From positions 124,001 through 188,000 of the forward strand of contig AP039712.1 of the NCBI GenBank assembly GCA_051599415.1: a DNA stretch of 64,000 nucleotides. Direction: 5' to 3'. The stretch is from Savitreella phatthalungensis. Taxonomy: Eukaryota. This document shows positions 32,976 to 43,045 of the stretch, piece by piece (within the stretch, counting starts at the first letter, position 1; every line of letters starts with the position of its first letter). Made by a program: the position numbers and the translations under genes. A model generated the notes under the pieces. The model was not told the DNA's origin. It searched no databases and saw nothing but the letters and a program-made list of their open reading frames with translations.

Positions 32976-33219
32976 GGTTTTTGTTGTAGTTGTAAAAGAT
33001 ATCGAGAAAGAATAGGTATAGAAGGATGCAGATTGGTTTGACGGGAGAGGGATCGACGGTCTCTTATATTGTCACAGGTTTCGACGTGTCACGTCACGGA
33101 TCCGAGGGCCGCCGACGTGGGGGTCTAGTGCGTGTGGGTGTGGGTGTAGGAAGGTAGACGTGTCTGTGTCGGTAGGTGTGTCAGAGTGAGTGGTCGGGTG
33201 ATTGAGTGGTATGTGACCT

Positions 33220-34155
33220 CACACCAGCGTAACCGTCTGGACCGCTGGCATTCGGCCTGGCAAAGCTTGGGTCGGGGTGGGCTAAGGCCCCCGTGTGTCT
33301 CCGCCCTGCGAAACTCGCGGAGACTTTTCGCCCACTGTACAGCCAAAAGGTGTTGTCACGGTGGATCACACTTAGGCGGTGCTCACTTAGAGTGCGGCGC
33401 GGCGCAGCGCAGCGCATTGGCACGATAGTACCAGGATTCAGGAGCCGCAGATACTGTTGGAGGGTAATGATCCCCCGAGCTCACTGGAGTCTGGGAGATT
33501 TTCCATTCCTGCTTCCTAGTCTGGATGCGGGTGACGGGACAAGGTATGCAACGTGGATCTGCCAGCAGTCTATACGGTAGTGGTGGGTAAGTCGGAATGG
33601 TAATTTCAGTCTAGACACTGTGAGAAGCCTAACGAGGTCTTCTTTCTGAATGCGAGTGAGAGAGTGGACAAGCGAGTCTGATGACAGTCGACCGGGAGGA
33701 TTTTCCTTAGGACGACGTAGATCCTGCCCCGCTTTAGAGGCGAAGGGCAAAAGGCTTCGAGCAGTCTTTGACTATCCCTTGATTTTGGTAAATGGAAACA
33801 CGGCTGGCTGTAAGTTGCCATTGGGAAGGATGCTCTGGGGACCTATGATGGTGATTGGGCTATCGGGGCCGTCGGCCTTAGTATCTGTGAAGGATTGTAC
33901 GTGTTCTCTCGGCAGTCAAAGGTTGCGCATGAAGCGGGGCAGCACTCCGAACCCTCTGGTGATTGCACTCTGGCCTCCAAGCTCTGCACTCTGGCCTAGC
34001 TGTAGAACTTTTAAAGTTAGTTAGGGTTAGGGTTTGGGTGTGGCGCAGTATCGATCAAATTCCAGTGAGACTGATAAATTTCAGCCACTGATTGATTGAT
34101 TCACCTTTTCCAGCTTGGTACATTGCCAAGCACCCCAAATTTCACGTGCGCCAAG
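33220..34155 (-). ncRNA. Candidate structured long ncRNA, possibly telomerase RNA
   Basis: TATATA at 34187-34192; template-like AACCCUAACCCUAAC at 34034-34020; multiple inverted repeats; intron-like signals at the 3' end; no convincing ORF. Boundaries are inferred. Confidence 0.35.
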
Positions 34156-34337
34156 CAGAATGACCCGTCATCCTCTGCCACCCAAGTATATACGCGCCTG
34201 TCCATCCTGTAGACATACTTCAATGCGTATGTTTCCGTCCATCGCCAAGAACGCAACCGCCTTACCGTCTCATAGTCCGCATTTCGTCTTGGCAGCGTAA
34301 CGTATGATCTTCCATTCTGTTGTATTCTGCTGCATGA

Positions 34338-34972
34338 TCAGACATGTCGACCGGTGACACGTGCACGCCGTATCCGGACATCTTCGACTGGTCTATCGTC
34401 TTTGTCAGTGCGGACGAGTGCTATACGCTTGACAACGTGCATGCCAGCGTTGACCCTGCCGAAGATGGTGTGCTTGCCGTCGAGCCCTGTATGGAATCTG
34501 GGTCAGTCACGTGTCCATCGATCGGTCCGGGGTTTTGGCCCCTGTACTTACACGGTGTTGGGGCTAGGGTGATGAAGAACTGAGAGCCATTCGTGTCAGG
34601 ACCTGCGTTCGCCATACTCAAGATCCCTGCACCCGTGTGTGAGAGCTCTCCATGGATCTCGTCCCCGAACGCCTCCCCCCCAAACGCACTCTCACCACCA
34701 CGACCACTCCCACTCGGGTCACCGGTCTGAATCGCAAACCCAGCGACCACCCGGTGAAAGGGACAGCCGTCGTAGTACCCGCGCTCGGCCAGCGACTGCA
34801 TGTTCAGGCACGCTCGTGGCGCGTGGTCCCAGTATAGCTCAAGCTCGATGTCTCCCTGGTGAGAAAATTCCGAGGTTAGTCGCAGGTTTCGCGTTTGTAG
34901 TGAAGCAGAAGCGAGCTGACATACCATGTTTGTCTCTAAGACGATGTTGCCTCGCAGCGTATCGTCCGCCAT
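34338..34972 (-). CDS. Cyclophilin PPIL1/Cyp1-type; exons 34972-34925, 34855-34552, 34486-34338
   Basis: [69 protein letters not shown] after removing introns of 69 and 65 nt. Confidence 0.93.
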
Positions 34973-35197
34973 GACTCTGATAGAGAGGCACAGCGTAGAA
35001 TGTCCTTTACCTTTTGAGCAGATTCATCAGACTTCACTCCACTATAGACCACAATCCACGCAATCACATGCCGGCTGTATCAATTAACGTATTATTGATA
35101 CGCACGTGCAGGGTGACCACCCATCAATAAGTTCACGTCCGGGGTATATAGTACAGCATACAGTACATGCACGACTTGGCTATGCGGGCGTTATCTA

Positions 35198-36213
35198 CTA
35201 TCGGAGTCCTTGCTGGTGCTGAGCGTGTGCTTGAGCTTGGGCTTGCGCTTGCGCTTGAGCTGCAGCTTGGGCTTGCGCGTGTGCTTGGGCGAGTTGCATC
35301 TGCCGGAGTTGCTGGATCTGCATTGGAGTTGGCCCTGTTCGGGGAACGACGACGCCTGCGCCGCTGGCCGAGACGGCCTGCTGCTGAGCGGCAAGTGCCT
35401 GGGCCTGCTGCTGCGCCTGCAGGTTGCGGATGTTCATGACACGCTGCTGGAGCATGAGCTGCTGCTGGCGAGCAAGCGAGTCGATGACTGCGCTGTTCGG
35501 AGGCTGTTGTCCCGCAACCCCTGCCCCTGGACCGTGACCCTGTTGCGTAGCAGCAGCGGCGGCAGCGGCCAATTGCTGTTGCTGTTGCTGTCGCATCGCC
35601 GCCTGGGCCTGGTTTGCCTGAAGGTTCTGGAGAGCGGCCTGGAGGGAACCTGCGGTCGGTGGCGCATGACCCATGAATTGATGCTGTGCAGAGGCAGCGG
35701 CGGCGGCGGCTGCAGCGGCGGCTGCCTGTTGCTGAGCCTGTTGGTGCTGCTGCTGTGCTTGCAGAGCCGCATGCGCTTGTTGAGGCGTTCGCGCGTTCGG
35801 TGCTGGCGACGCTGACGCCCTTTGCCGCGCCACAGCTTGAGCGAGCAGCTGCGCTTGTGCTTGTGAGGGCGTGCCTTGCATGCCAGGTTGAGGTGTCGCC
35901 CTGCCGATCGCTGGAGACGCACTTGCGCGGGCACGTGCAACAGCCATCGCCTGCGCTTGCGCCTGTGCTTGCGCTTGCAATTGTGCTTGTGCTTGCGCTT
36001 GCGCTTGCGCTTGCAGCTGAGCTTGAACCTGTGCCTGTAGTTGCCCGGCAGCGGCGTGCTGTTGCGATTGAGGATGAGTAGCCTGTTGCACTGCGGCAGC
36101 CGCCTGAAGTGCTTGTTGCGCCTGCAGAGCTGACAGACCACCACCTGTAGGACCATTGGCCATAGGTATCCCAGGCGCTGGCGCTTGTTGCTGTTGTTGT
36201 TGCTGCTGTTGTG

Positions 36214-36253
<40 letters not shown>

Positions 36254-37105
36254 TTGTTGTTGCTGCTGTTGCTGTTGTTGCTGCTGTTGTGCGGCGCGTT
36301 TCCGCCTGTGAGCCTCGACAAAAGCCAGTCTTTTGAAATCTGGTGCGAACTCCTTTCCGTGGTGTTCGTCGTATAGGTACATGAGCCGTCGCTGCTCGTT
36401 GTCGTCGTCTGTGTGCTTTTTCGGTCTCCGGCGCTTGCGAAGTGGTAGTGGAGGGTCATTGATATTGTTGACGACGTACGAGAGCTGTGCAGGATGGACA
36501 CACGGCCGAAGGTCGAGTGGTGCTGTTGTGGCAATCAAGATATCGCTCTCGACCTGAAGCGCCTTGACGTCGGTGAAGAGTCCAGTGGTCTGCTCGGCGT
36601 ACAATTGCATCTCTGTCCAGATACTCTCTGGAGATGGCCGTAGACAGGTCTTGTACTCTGTGTTTGGGTCTGTCCGATGATCGACTAGCTTCACAATCAA
36701 ACAGCCCTCGTAGTACCGCGTCTTGACGTCACGAAATACCTCGATGCAGTCCACGGGGATCTGCTCGTTCCGGATGCACTCGAGGACATGGCGAGAGGCA
36801 GGTGTGGAGTAAAGAAAGATTCCGTCCTGTTGCTCAAACTTCCAGTGATGATCGTACAGATGAACAATGAGGGACGGATCACAAGCGCCGTATCTCTCGA
36901 GTATTTCGGATGCAGAGCTTGAGATTGTGTTGGAGAGCTTCTGGAGAGTGGCTCGATACGACATGCCTGGCTGTTTGACCTTGATCTTCGGCATCGGTGT
37001 CGTATTTGATGCCGAGGATGCCGACGCCTGCTTTGTAGCCGCGGGCGATGACGACGGAACATGCGCGGCCTGTTGCGCAGCTGTCGTGACGCCTCGCGTC
37101 TCCAT
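35198..37105 (-). CDS. SPT20: SAGA subunit Spt20
   Basis: PSLIVHLY..HWKFEQQDG.FLY, YYEGCLIVKLVDHR, LRPSPES.W, ATTAPLDL; Q/A-rich tail. Confidence 0.88.
36185..36290. repeat. CAG/CAA polyglutamine tract in SPT20
   Basis: (tgc/tgt)n on + encoding more than 30 Gln interrupted by one Ser. Confidence 0.95.
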
Positions 37106-37620
37106 GATCCGAACCACCTGAACTACCACTTTCTCGAGAGCATTGTTTGATCTAGCACTGTTTGGCGACTTTCGCGTCTCCCGGAAGACTGCAACCGATC
37201 TAAATCGGCTCCCAACTCCTCGACAAGGGCTACTAAATGTTGAGAGAGTCGCGCGGCAACTGTTGACGTTATACTGTATCCTGCATCTATTGTATTCGTG
37301 TGAGTATGTGTGTATGTGTGTATGGGGGAGCGGAGTGAATGATCGACGATAGCACGAACTCTAGAGACACGTGAGTATGCGCCACAAATTTGCAATCACG
37401 TGGAAGTGAATCGAGGCGCAGATGGTCACGTGGATTAGAGACTCTCCTACGCGTCTGATGCACAATTGCTATCTACCATTTGGACCCATACTTTATCAGC
37501 CGCCAGCTTCAATCGAGCCATCACATAGAAGGCTAGCCTTCAAGCTGCAAGCCTAGTCGCTCTCCCAGACTCGATTCCTGCGACGTGGAGAGTAGTGGGC
37601 CCATCTCTTCAGCTCGATCA

Positions 37621-38208
37621 ATGTTCACGCTGCTCTCGGAAGTTCGAGCACTGCTGTTCAGAAGAGATGAGTACAATGTGCTGATCCTCGGACTCGACAA
37701 TGCTGGTAAGACCACATTTCTGGAAAAGTTGAAGGCGCTCCGTGGGCTCGCGCACGAGGAAGTCTCGAAAATTGTGCCGACAGTCGGTCAGAACGTTGGA
37801 CGATTCGCAGTTGGAGGTGCACGGTACAATTTCTGGGATCTGGGCGGTCAGGAGGCATTGCGATCACTCTGGACACGATACCTCGAGGACACCCACTTGA
37901 TCTGCTTTGTTGTGGATGCGGCTGATCCTGAGCGGTTGGGAGAAGCCGTCGGTGCTCTCGAGCATGTCGGCACGGAGATCCAGAATATGCCGCTCCTCGT
38001 CCTCGCCAACAAGCAGGATCTCGAAGGTGCGGTCGAGATCGGCGAGATCAAGGACACAGTCAATCAGGTCCTCCAGCGCATCGATCCGAAGGAGGGTGGC
38101 GTGCTCGGCTGTAGCGCCGCTGAAGGTAGAGGACTAGAGGAAGCGTTAGCTTGGATGACCAGCCGGACAACGCGCAACAAGCGAGAACGTCCTCCAAAGA
38201 CTGGCTAA
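37621..38208 (+). CDS. ARL3: ARF-like GTPase Arl3 (ARFRP1)
   Basis: Starts MF without Gly2; GLDNAGKTT, PTVGQN, WDLGGQ, ANKQD, CSA; C-terminal RPP. Confidence 0.92.
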   Translation: MFTLLSEVRALLFRRDEYNVLILGLDNAGKTTFLEKLKALRGLAHEEVSKIVPTVGQNVGRFAVGGARYNFWDLGGQEALRSLWTRYLEDTHLICFVVDAADPERLGEAVGALEHVGTEIQNMPLLVLANKQDLEGAVEIGEIKDTVNQVLQRIDPKEGGVLGCSAAEGRGLEEALAWMTSRTTRNKRERPPKTG

Positions 38209-38445
38209 ATGTTAAGGAACAGACGTCAAGGACACGATAGATGATAGGCCTTTAATGAGATATGACTAATAAGTACTTGCCACGTAGTGCACGATAATGT
38301 GCTTACGTCGATCTTTTTTTAGAAACATATTGTTGTGTGTGGTGGGGGAAATCTGCCGTGACGTAAACCATAGCACATCAAAGTCCATCGCACAAGCAAC
38401 ATCGTTCAACAAACCGCTTCGCATTCCCACAAGAGAGGGAGTTTG

Positions 38446-39714
38446 ATGGGCAAGCGATCTCGCGGGAGCAGCTCTGTGCTGACGAAGCGGTACGCTAGCA
38501 CCTCTCACGCTGGCGGCGGCAGTAGTAGTGGCTCGAGCGATGGTATGGGTGTGGGTGTGTCTGAGAAGTTGCTGCAGCTTCGACGGGAGGGTCGCCCATC
38601 ATCCGTCGCCCATCGCTCCACACAGACCCCCAGTACCCCTACCAACATGATAACCTCCGCTGTCGGTCACCCGGGACTGCCACACCCTCTCGCTGCAGCA
38701 GCTGCTGCCGACCCGGACCTCGCTTCCCTCCTCCAGACCTCCCACACACCCTACCTGCCGCCAAGACCTAGGCGACTCCATAACGACCACAAGGCCATCG
38801 GTCTTGCAGCCCCACCGTCCTGGCAGACTCGCGCACCGCGCTCAACCCCCACCGCACGCTCCACTACACATACGCGCGCACACGCACACAGCCAAGGAGT
38901 GCCATCGCTCCGAGATACATGCATCCGTTTCGTGGGCGCGCATCTCCGGCGATACCGGGGCTGTGGGATGGAGCTGCTGCCTGTGGGGATGAAGGGTGAG
39001 TTGCTAGGCGGGGTGCGCGGTGAGGATTTTGAGGTTGGAGTTGGGATGTTGTTTGAGGGTGGTGGTGGTGTGGGTGGTGGTGAGGTGTCATGGGACGGTG
39101 ACGATGAGGATGATGTGTGTATCGAGACCCTCACGCTCCATGTAGGAGATACTCACCCGTACACAGACTGGGCAGTACTCAAGCGCCTGCCACCACTCAG
39201 GCACCTCCAACTAGTCCTCACCCACCACCAGCATCCAACACACGCAAGCAATGCAGACCTCCATCAGCTCGCGAGGAAACTCCCACCAGGTATCAGGCAT
39301 CTCACCCTTCTCGTAGACGCCGTTGGGGCGCCGGCGGATGTTGGGGGGCTGGCGTCACAGCTGAGCTGGTGGCTGAGTACGGTTTCTGGGAAGGGGACTG
39401 TGGGGTTGTCGACGCTGGAGGTGGTGGTGGAGTTTGGTGAAGGCGGTGTGCAGAGCGGTGAGGGGTTGGTGAATCGGTTCTCGAGCGAGCTTGCCGCAGG
39501 CGAAGCGGTCTCCAGGCAGTGGTATGGCAGTTGGGCTGGCATTGATACCTTCATATGGAATCTACAGGTCAAGGAGACAGGTGCAAGTGACCTCGACCTT
39601 CGTGCAGAAGCACTCGCCACAACACTTCGCAAGGCGATCGTTGGACTCCGTAAAGCGCGTGACTGTCACAGGTCGATCGACGTGCTTGTCGCCATCACCA
39701 GGAATTGCTCGTGA
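38446..39714 (+). CDS. Hypothetical protein with a BC-box-like PSLRDTC motif and an LRR-like C-terminal half
   Basis: 422-aa ORF; APPSW, PSLRDTCIRFV, repeated LxxLxL strands. Confidence 0.6.
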   Translation: MGKRSRGSSSVLTKRYASTSHAGGGSSSGSSDGMGVGVSEKLLQLRREGRPSSVAHRSTQTPSTPTNMITSAVGHPGLPHPLAAAAAADPDLASLLQTSHTPYLPPRPRRLHNDHKAIGLAAPPSWQTRAPRSTPTARSTTHTRAHAHSQGVPSLRDTCIRFVGAHLRRYRGCGMELLPVGMKGELLGGVRGEDFEVGVGMLFEGGGGVGGGEVSWDGDDEDDVCIETLTLHVGDTHPYTDWAVLKRLPPLRHLQLVLTHHQHPTHASNADLHQLARKLPPGIRHLTLLVDAVGAPADVGGLASQLSWWLSTVSGKGTVGLSTLEVVVEFGEGGVQSGEGLVNRFSSELAAGEAVSRQWYGSWAGIDTFIWNLQVKETGASDLDLRAEALATTLRKAIVGLRKARDCHRSIDVLVAITRNCS

Positions 39715-39768
39715 AGAGCGGTAGAGACAATTCATTAGGCATTACAGGAAAGGGTGAAAAGAGGAAAT

Positions 39769-40443
39769 CTAGTCTTTGAACTTGCGGGTCTGCGACTCGC
39801 CAAACAGGGCAGCTCGGACGAGTGGGAGTGCATCAGTCTCGAGGATCAGGAGACGACCTTCGAGCGTGTTGTCGCAACGGATGGTACCCTTGTTGGCCTT
39901 GACGATGACACCGCCAGCGGATTTCTCCGGCAGGGGTGAGTCCTCGTCAATGGAGACGTCTGCATCGATGCCAGACTTGTCCTTGAACGACTTCTTCGCC
40001 GACTCGATCGCCTTTTTCACAACGTCGTAGTCATTCTCACGCGCAGAGACGGTGACTTTCTTGCCCATGATCTTCAGAAGACCCTGAAGGATGAGTCTTG
40101 AGAGGAGATCCTCGTACGACTTTGCATCCTTTGAGATCTCTGCCAAAGACTTTCGCGCCTGCTCGAAGATGTCGTCGACAGCTGCCTGGCGCGCCTGCAG
40201 AACCTTCAGTCGCTGCTTGTTCAGGACTGTGGACCTAGCAATCTGCTGTGACATACCAGCTTTCTTGATCCGAGCCTCGTGCTGCTCATCTACTTTCGAC
40301 TGTTCTTGACGAACAAGCTTTGCCTTTTCGATTGCAAATTCCTCGTCTGCCTTGATGTGGATCTCCTTGCTCTTCTCGAGGGCCTCTTGCTTGATGAAGG
40401 CCACCATCTTGCGCATCTCTCCTTGTACTTGCGCGTCGTTCAT
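39769..40443 (-). CDS. VMA4: V-ATPase V1 subunit E
   Basis: KMVAFIKQEALEK..EI.IKADEEFAIEK, NKQRLKVL.AR, GGV, DNTLE.RL, TRKFKD. A short upstream exon is possible. Confidence 0.96.
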   Translation of the reverse strand: MNDAQVQGEMRKMVAFIKQEALEKSKEIHIKADEEFAIEKAKLVRQEQSKVDEQHEARIKKAGMSQQIARSTVLNKQRLKVLQARQAAVDDIFEQARKSLAEISKDAKSYEDLLSRLILQGLLKIMGKKVTVSARENDYDVVKKAIESAKKSFKDKSGIDADVSIDEDSPLPEKSAGGVIVKANKGTIRCDNTLEGRLLILETDALPLVRAALFGESQTRKFKD

Positions 40444-40987
40444 GGTCGGAAGCTGGCCGTGGAAATGCGAAGCAGATTAGGGTTCCTGTAGCAAGATCAA
40501 TACAGATGTCGGTAATATGAAGCTGCCTAGTTCCAGAGACTAGCTATCTGAGTGTGAATGATGGCTAGATGAAGAGATCTGAGGATGATATGTTGGCCCG
40601 GTGATGCTGTGTATAGTAGTAGATGTGGGTTTGTGACATGGACGTCACTGCCGACTCACCAGCCACACACCACGTGTATACACGTGCAACTCATTTTTTG
40701 ACTCAGCCACGATCATGAAAGATGATCAGTAGATCTGTGCGTGCGACCGACTACCCATCATATTCCTCTTCAAGGTACTAAATAATGTAGAAACCTGGAT
40801 GGATTTCCTAGTGATTATTAGATTATCACAATTTCACGTCAGATCCACGGATTAGATCCCTTTAATCCTTGCATCTACCAAATAGTGTTCACTCCATACA
40901 GTCTCTCTTTCATTCTCTCTGTGTCTCTCTGTAGGTCTGTACTGTGTACTGTGTGTACTCTACGCAGCCGCTTAGGCTACGCTACGG

Positions 40988-41150
40988 CACACACACACAC
41001 ACACAGTCAGTCAGCCAGTGAGCAACTGACTGACTGACTGAGTGAGTCAGTGAGTCAGTGAGTGAGCAAGTGAATGACCAGGCGGGTGACTGAATGATTG
41101 ACTGAGCCAGTGAGCAACTGACTCAGGGAGTGACTGACTGACTGAGTAAC
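40988..41150. repeat. (CA)n plus TGAC/TGAG tetranucleotide low-complexity tract
   Basis: cacacacacacacacagtcagtcag...actgactgactgactgagtgagtcagtgagtcag; agccagtgagcaactgact occurs twice. Confidence 0.85.
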
Positions 41151-41354
41151 CAACAGTGAACCTCTCTCTAATCACCTTCCTTAGCCCTTCCAGCTACACT
41201 CCTTCCCTTACACGCGTATCCTCACTCGGCTTCACTCAGCTAGCTGGGCATCACAGCGTCAATCCCCAAGCAACAGTCTGGTACCTCTCACTGTCCTTCT
41301 TGAAAGGCAATACTTGATACCTGACTCGTTTCTCATCGCTCATACAATACAACA

Positions 41355-41810
41355 ATGAAGGTCGAGGCAGACTCCTTCTCAGGCGCAAGGATCTACCCTG
41401 GCACGGGCAAGCTCTACGCCCGTATCGACAACCGTATCTTCCGTTTCTTCAACGGCAAGAGCGAGTCTCTCTTCCTCCAGCGCAAGAACCCGCGCAAGAT
41501 CGGATGGACGGTGCTGTTCAGGCGGATGCACAAGAAGGGTGCTTCCGAGGAGGCTGCAAAGCGGCGTACACGTAAGACCGTCAAGGTCCAGCGTGCCGTC
41601 GTCGGTGCTTCCCTCGACGACATCCGCAAGCGTCAGCGTCCAGAGGCCCGCGCCCAGCTCCGAACAGAGTCACTGGCCCAGCGCAAGCAGAAGAAGGCAG
41701 CCTCAGACGAAGCCAAGAAGGCAGCAAAGGCAAAGGTCCAGCAGCAACAGAACCAGCAGCAGAAGGTGTCCAAGGTCCAGACAAAGGGCGCAGCAGGCAA
41801 GGGTCGTTAA
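41355..41810 (+). CDS. RPL24: 60S ribosomal protein eL24
   Basis: [16 protein letters not shown]...[28 protein letters not shown]...RAVVGASL. Confidence 0.97.
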   Translation: MKVEADSFSGARIYPGTGKLYARIDNRIFRFFNGKSESLFLQRKNPRKIGWTVLFRRMHKKGASEEAAKRRTRKTVKVQRAVVGASLDDIRKRQRPEARAQLRTESLAQRKQKKAASDEAKKAAKAKVQQQQNQQQKVSKVQTKGAAGKGR

Positions 41811-42270
41811 AAAATAACCACACTCCCTTTTCACGCTAACACCCATACACACACACACACCTATCGACACCTTTTTCCTGCATCTTCTCTCTACAAGACA
41901 GCACATAACTCATACGATTGACGAGCGCGCGATACCCTTTTCACCTTCTCGTTTCCTTTCTTTCCATGCTGATTGCTCGTACAGTGGTCATCTGCGCGAT
42001 ACCTTCCCACTCACCACTTCGCTTTTGTCAAATCATCCGTGCTTCCGTTACCCGTGACATGACATGACCTGCCGCCACCTGAGCGACGTGAGCGACATCA
42101 ATCGAGTCACCGTCTGACTACACTGGGAAGATCACTTGATTCGTGTCAAATGTCCCCTAAGTCACTCCATCCAAGGATTTTCAACCGTGTCATTCATTTC
42201 TTTCTTATACAAAGTGTGCGTGAACCTCGTGCTCGCAGCTTCTCGTCACGTCGAGTCTGCCCTCCATGTT

Positions 42271-42778
42271 CTACTCCTTGGCGTACTTGACTGTCCATTC
42301 CTGAGCGGTCCGAATGGCTGCAGCCTCGTCTTCCTTCCATGCGGCTGCGACGTCGTTTGCGAGCGGATCGTCCGGATTCGGTGCTGACAACAACGCCTGG
42401 ATACTCAACAACACAGTCCTGATCTGCAACGCCGGCGACCAAGCATTCTTCAGCGTATCCATACAGATCCGACCGAGCCGATCGATATTCGGGTGGTAGA
42501 TCTTGGTGAGAAACCTCACCTTGGGCGGCACCATCGGGTACTCTTCCGGCAGAAACAACTCAAGCTTGAAAAATCCGCCAGCATAAGCACTCGCGCTAGG
42601 ACCAGAAATCACAATCTCAAAATGTCGAAGGTTGTCCTCAGTCGGCACCGCAGAGATACCAGGAGGAGAGTCAGACACTAGCCGTTCAGTCTCCTAGCGG
42701 GAGAAGTGTCAGTAATGGTGCAAAACAAGGTACAGAATGACTCACCTTGAGAATGCGCTTCGGCAGTGGCGCAGACAT
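42271..42778 (-). CDS. UBC13: Ubiquitin-conjugating enzyme Ubc13; exons 42778-42746 and 42693-42271
   Basis: [58 protein letters not shown]; 52-nt intron. Confidence 0.95.
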
Positions 42779-43045
42779 AGCTGACGATCTACACGACCGT
42801 TGTGGTTGGAGGTGATGAGACGCGCAGATCACGTCTTAGGTTAACTCTGACGTTCGTGCGTTCGTTCGTGCGTGCGTGCGTGGGTTCGTTCGTGCAAGGG
42901 TGACCTAATTCGAACCACACTCGGTCGATGTGATCCGGATGCACGTGTAAAAAATGGCAGAACTGGGTATGCACAATCAATTGAGGATAATAGAAAAAGT
43001 ACAGGGTTACGGAGTACCGTAAAATACGACAGCACTCGTATGCGC

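Noticed and set aside
40557..40610. C/D-box-like words (ATGATG, CTGA) upstream of VMA4
   Set aside because: Only ~9 nt of rRNA complementarity, wrong register, and no closing D box or stem.
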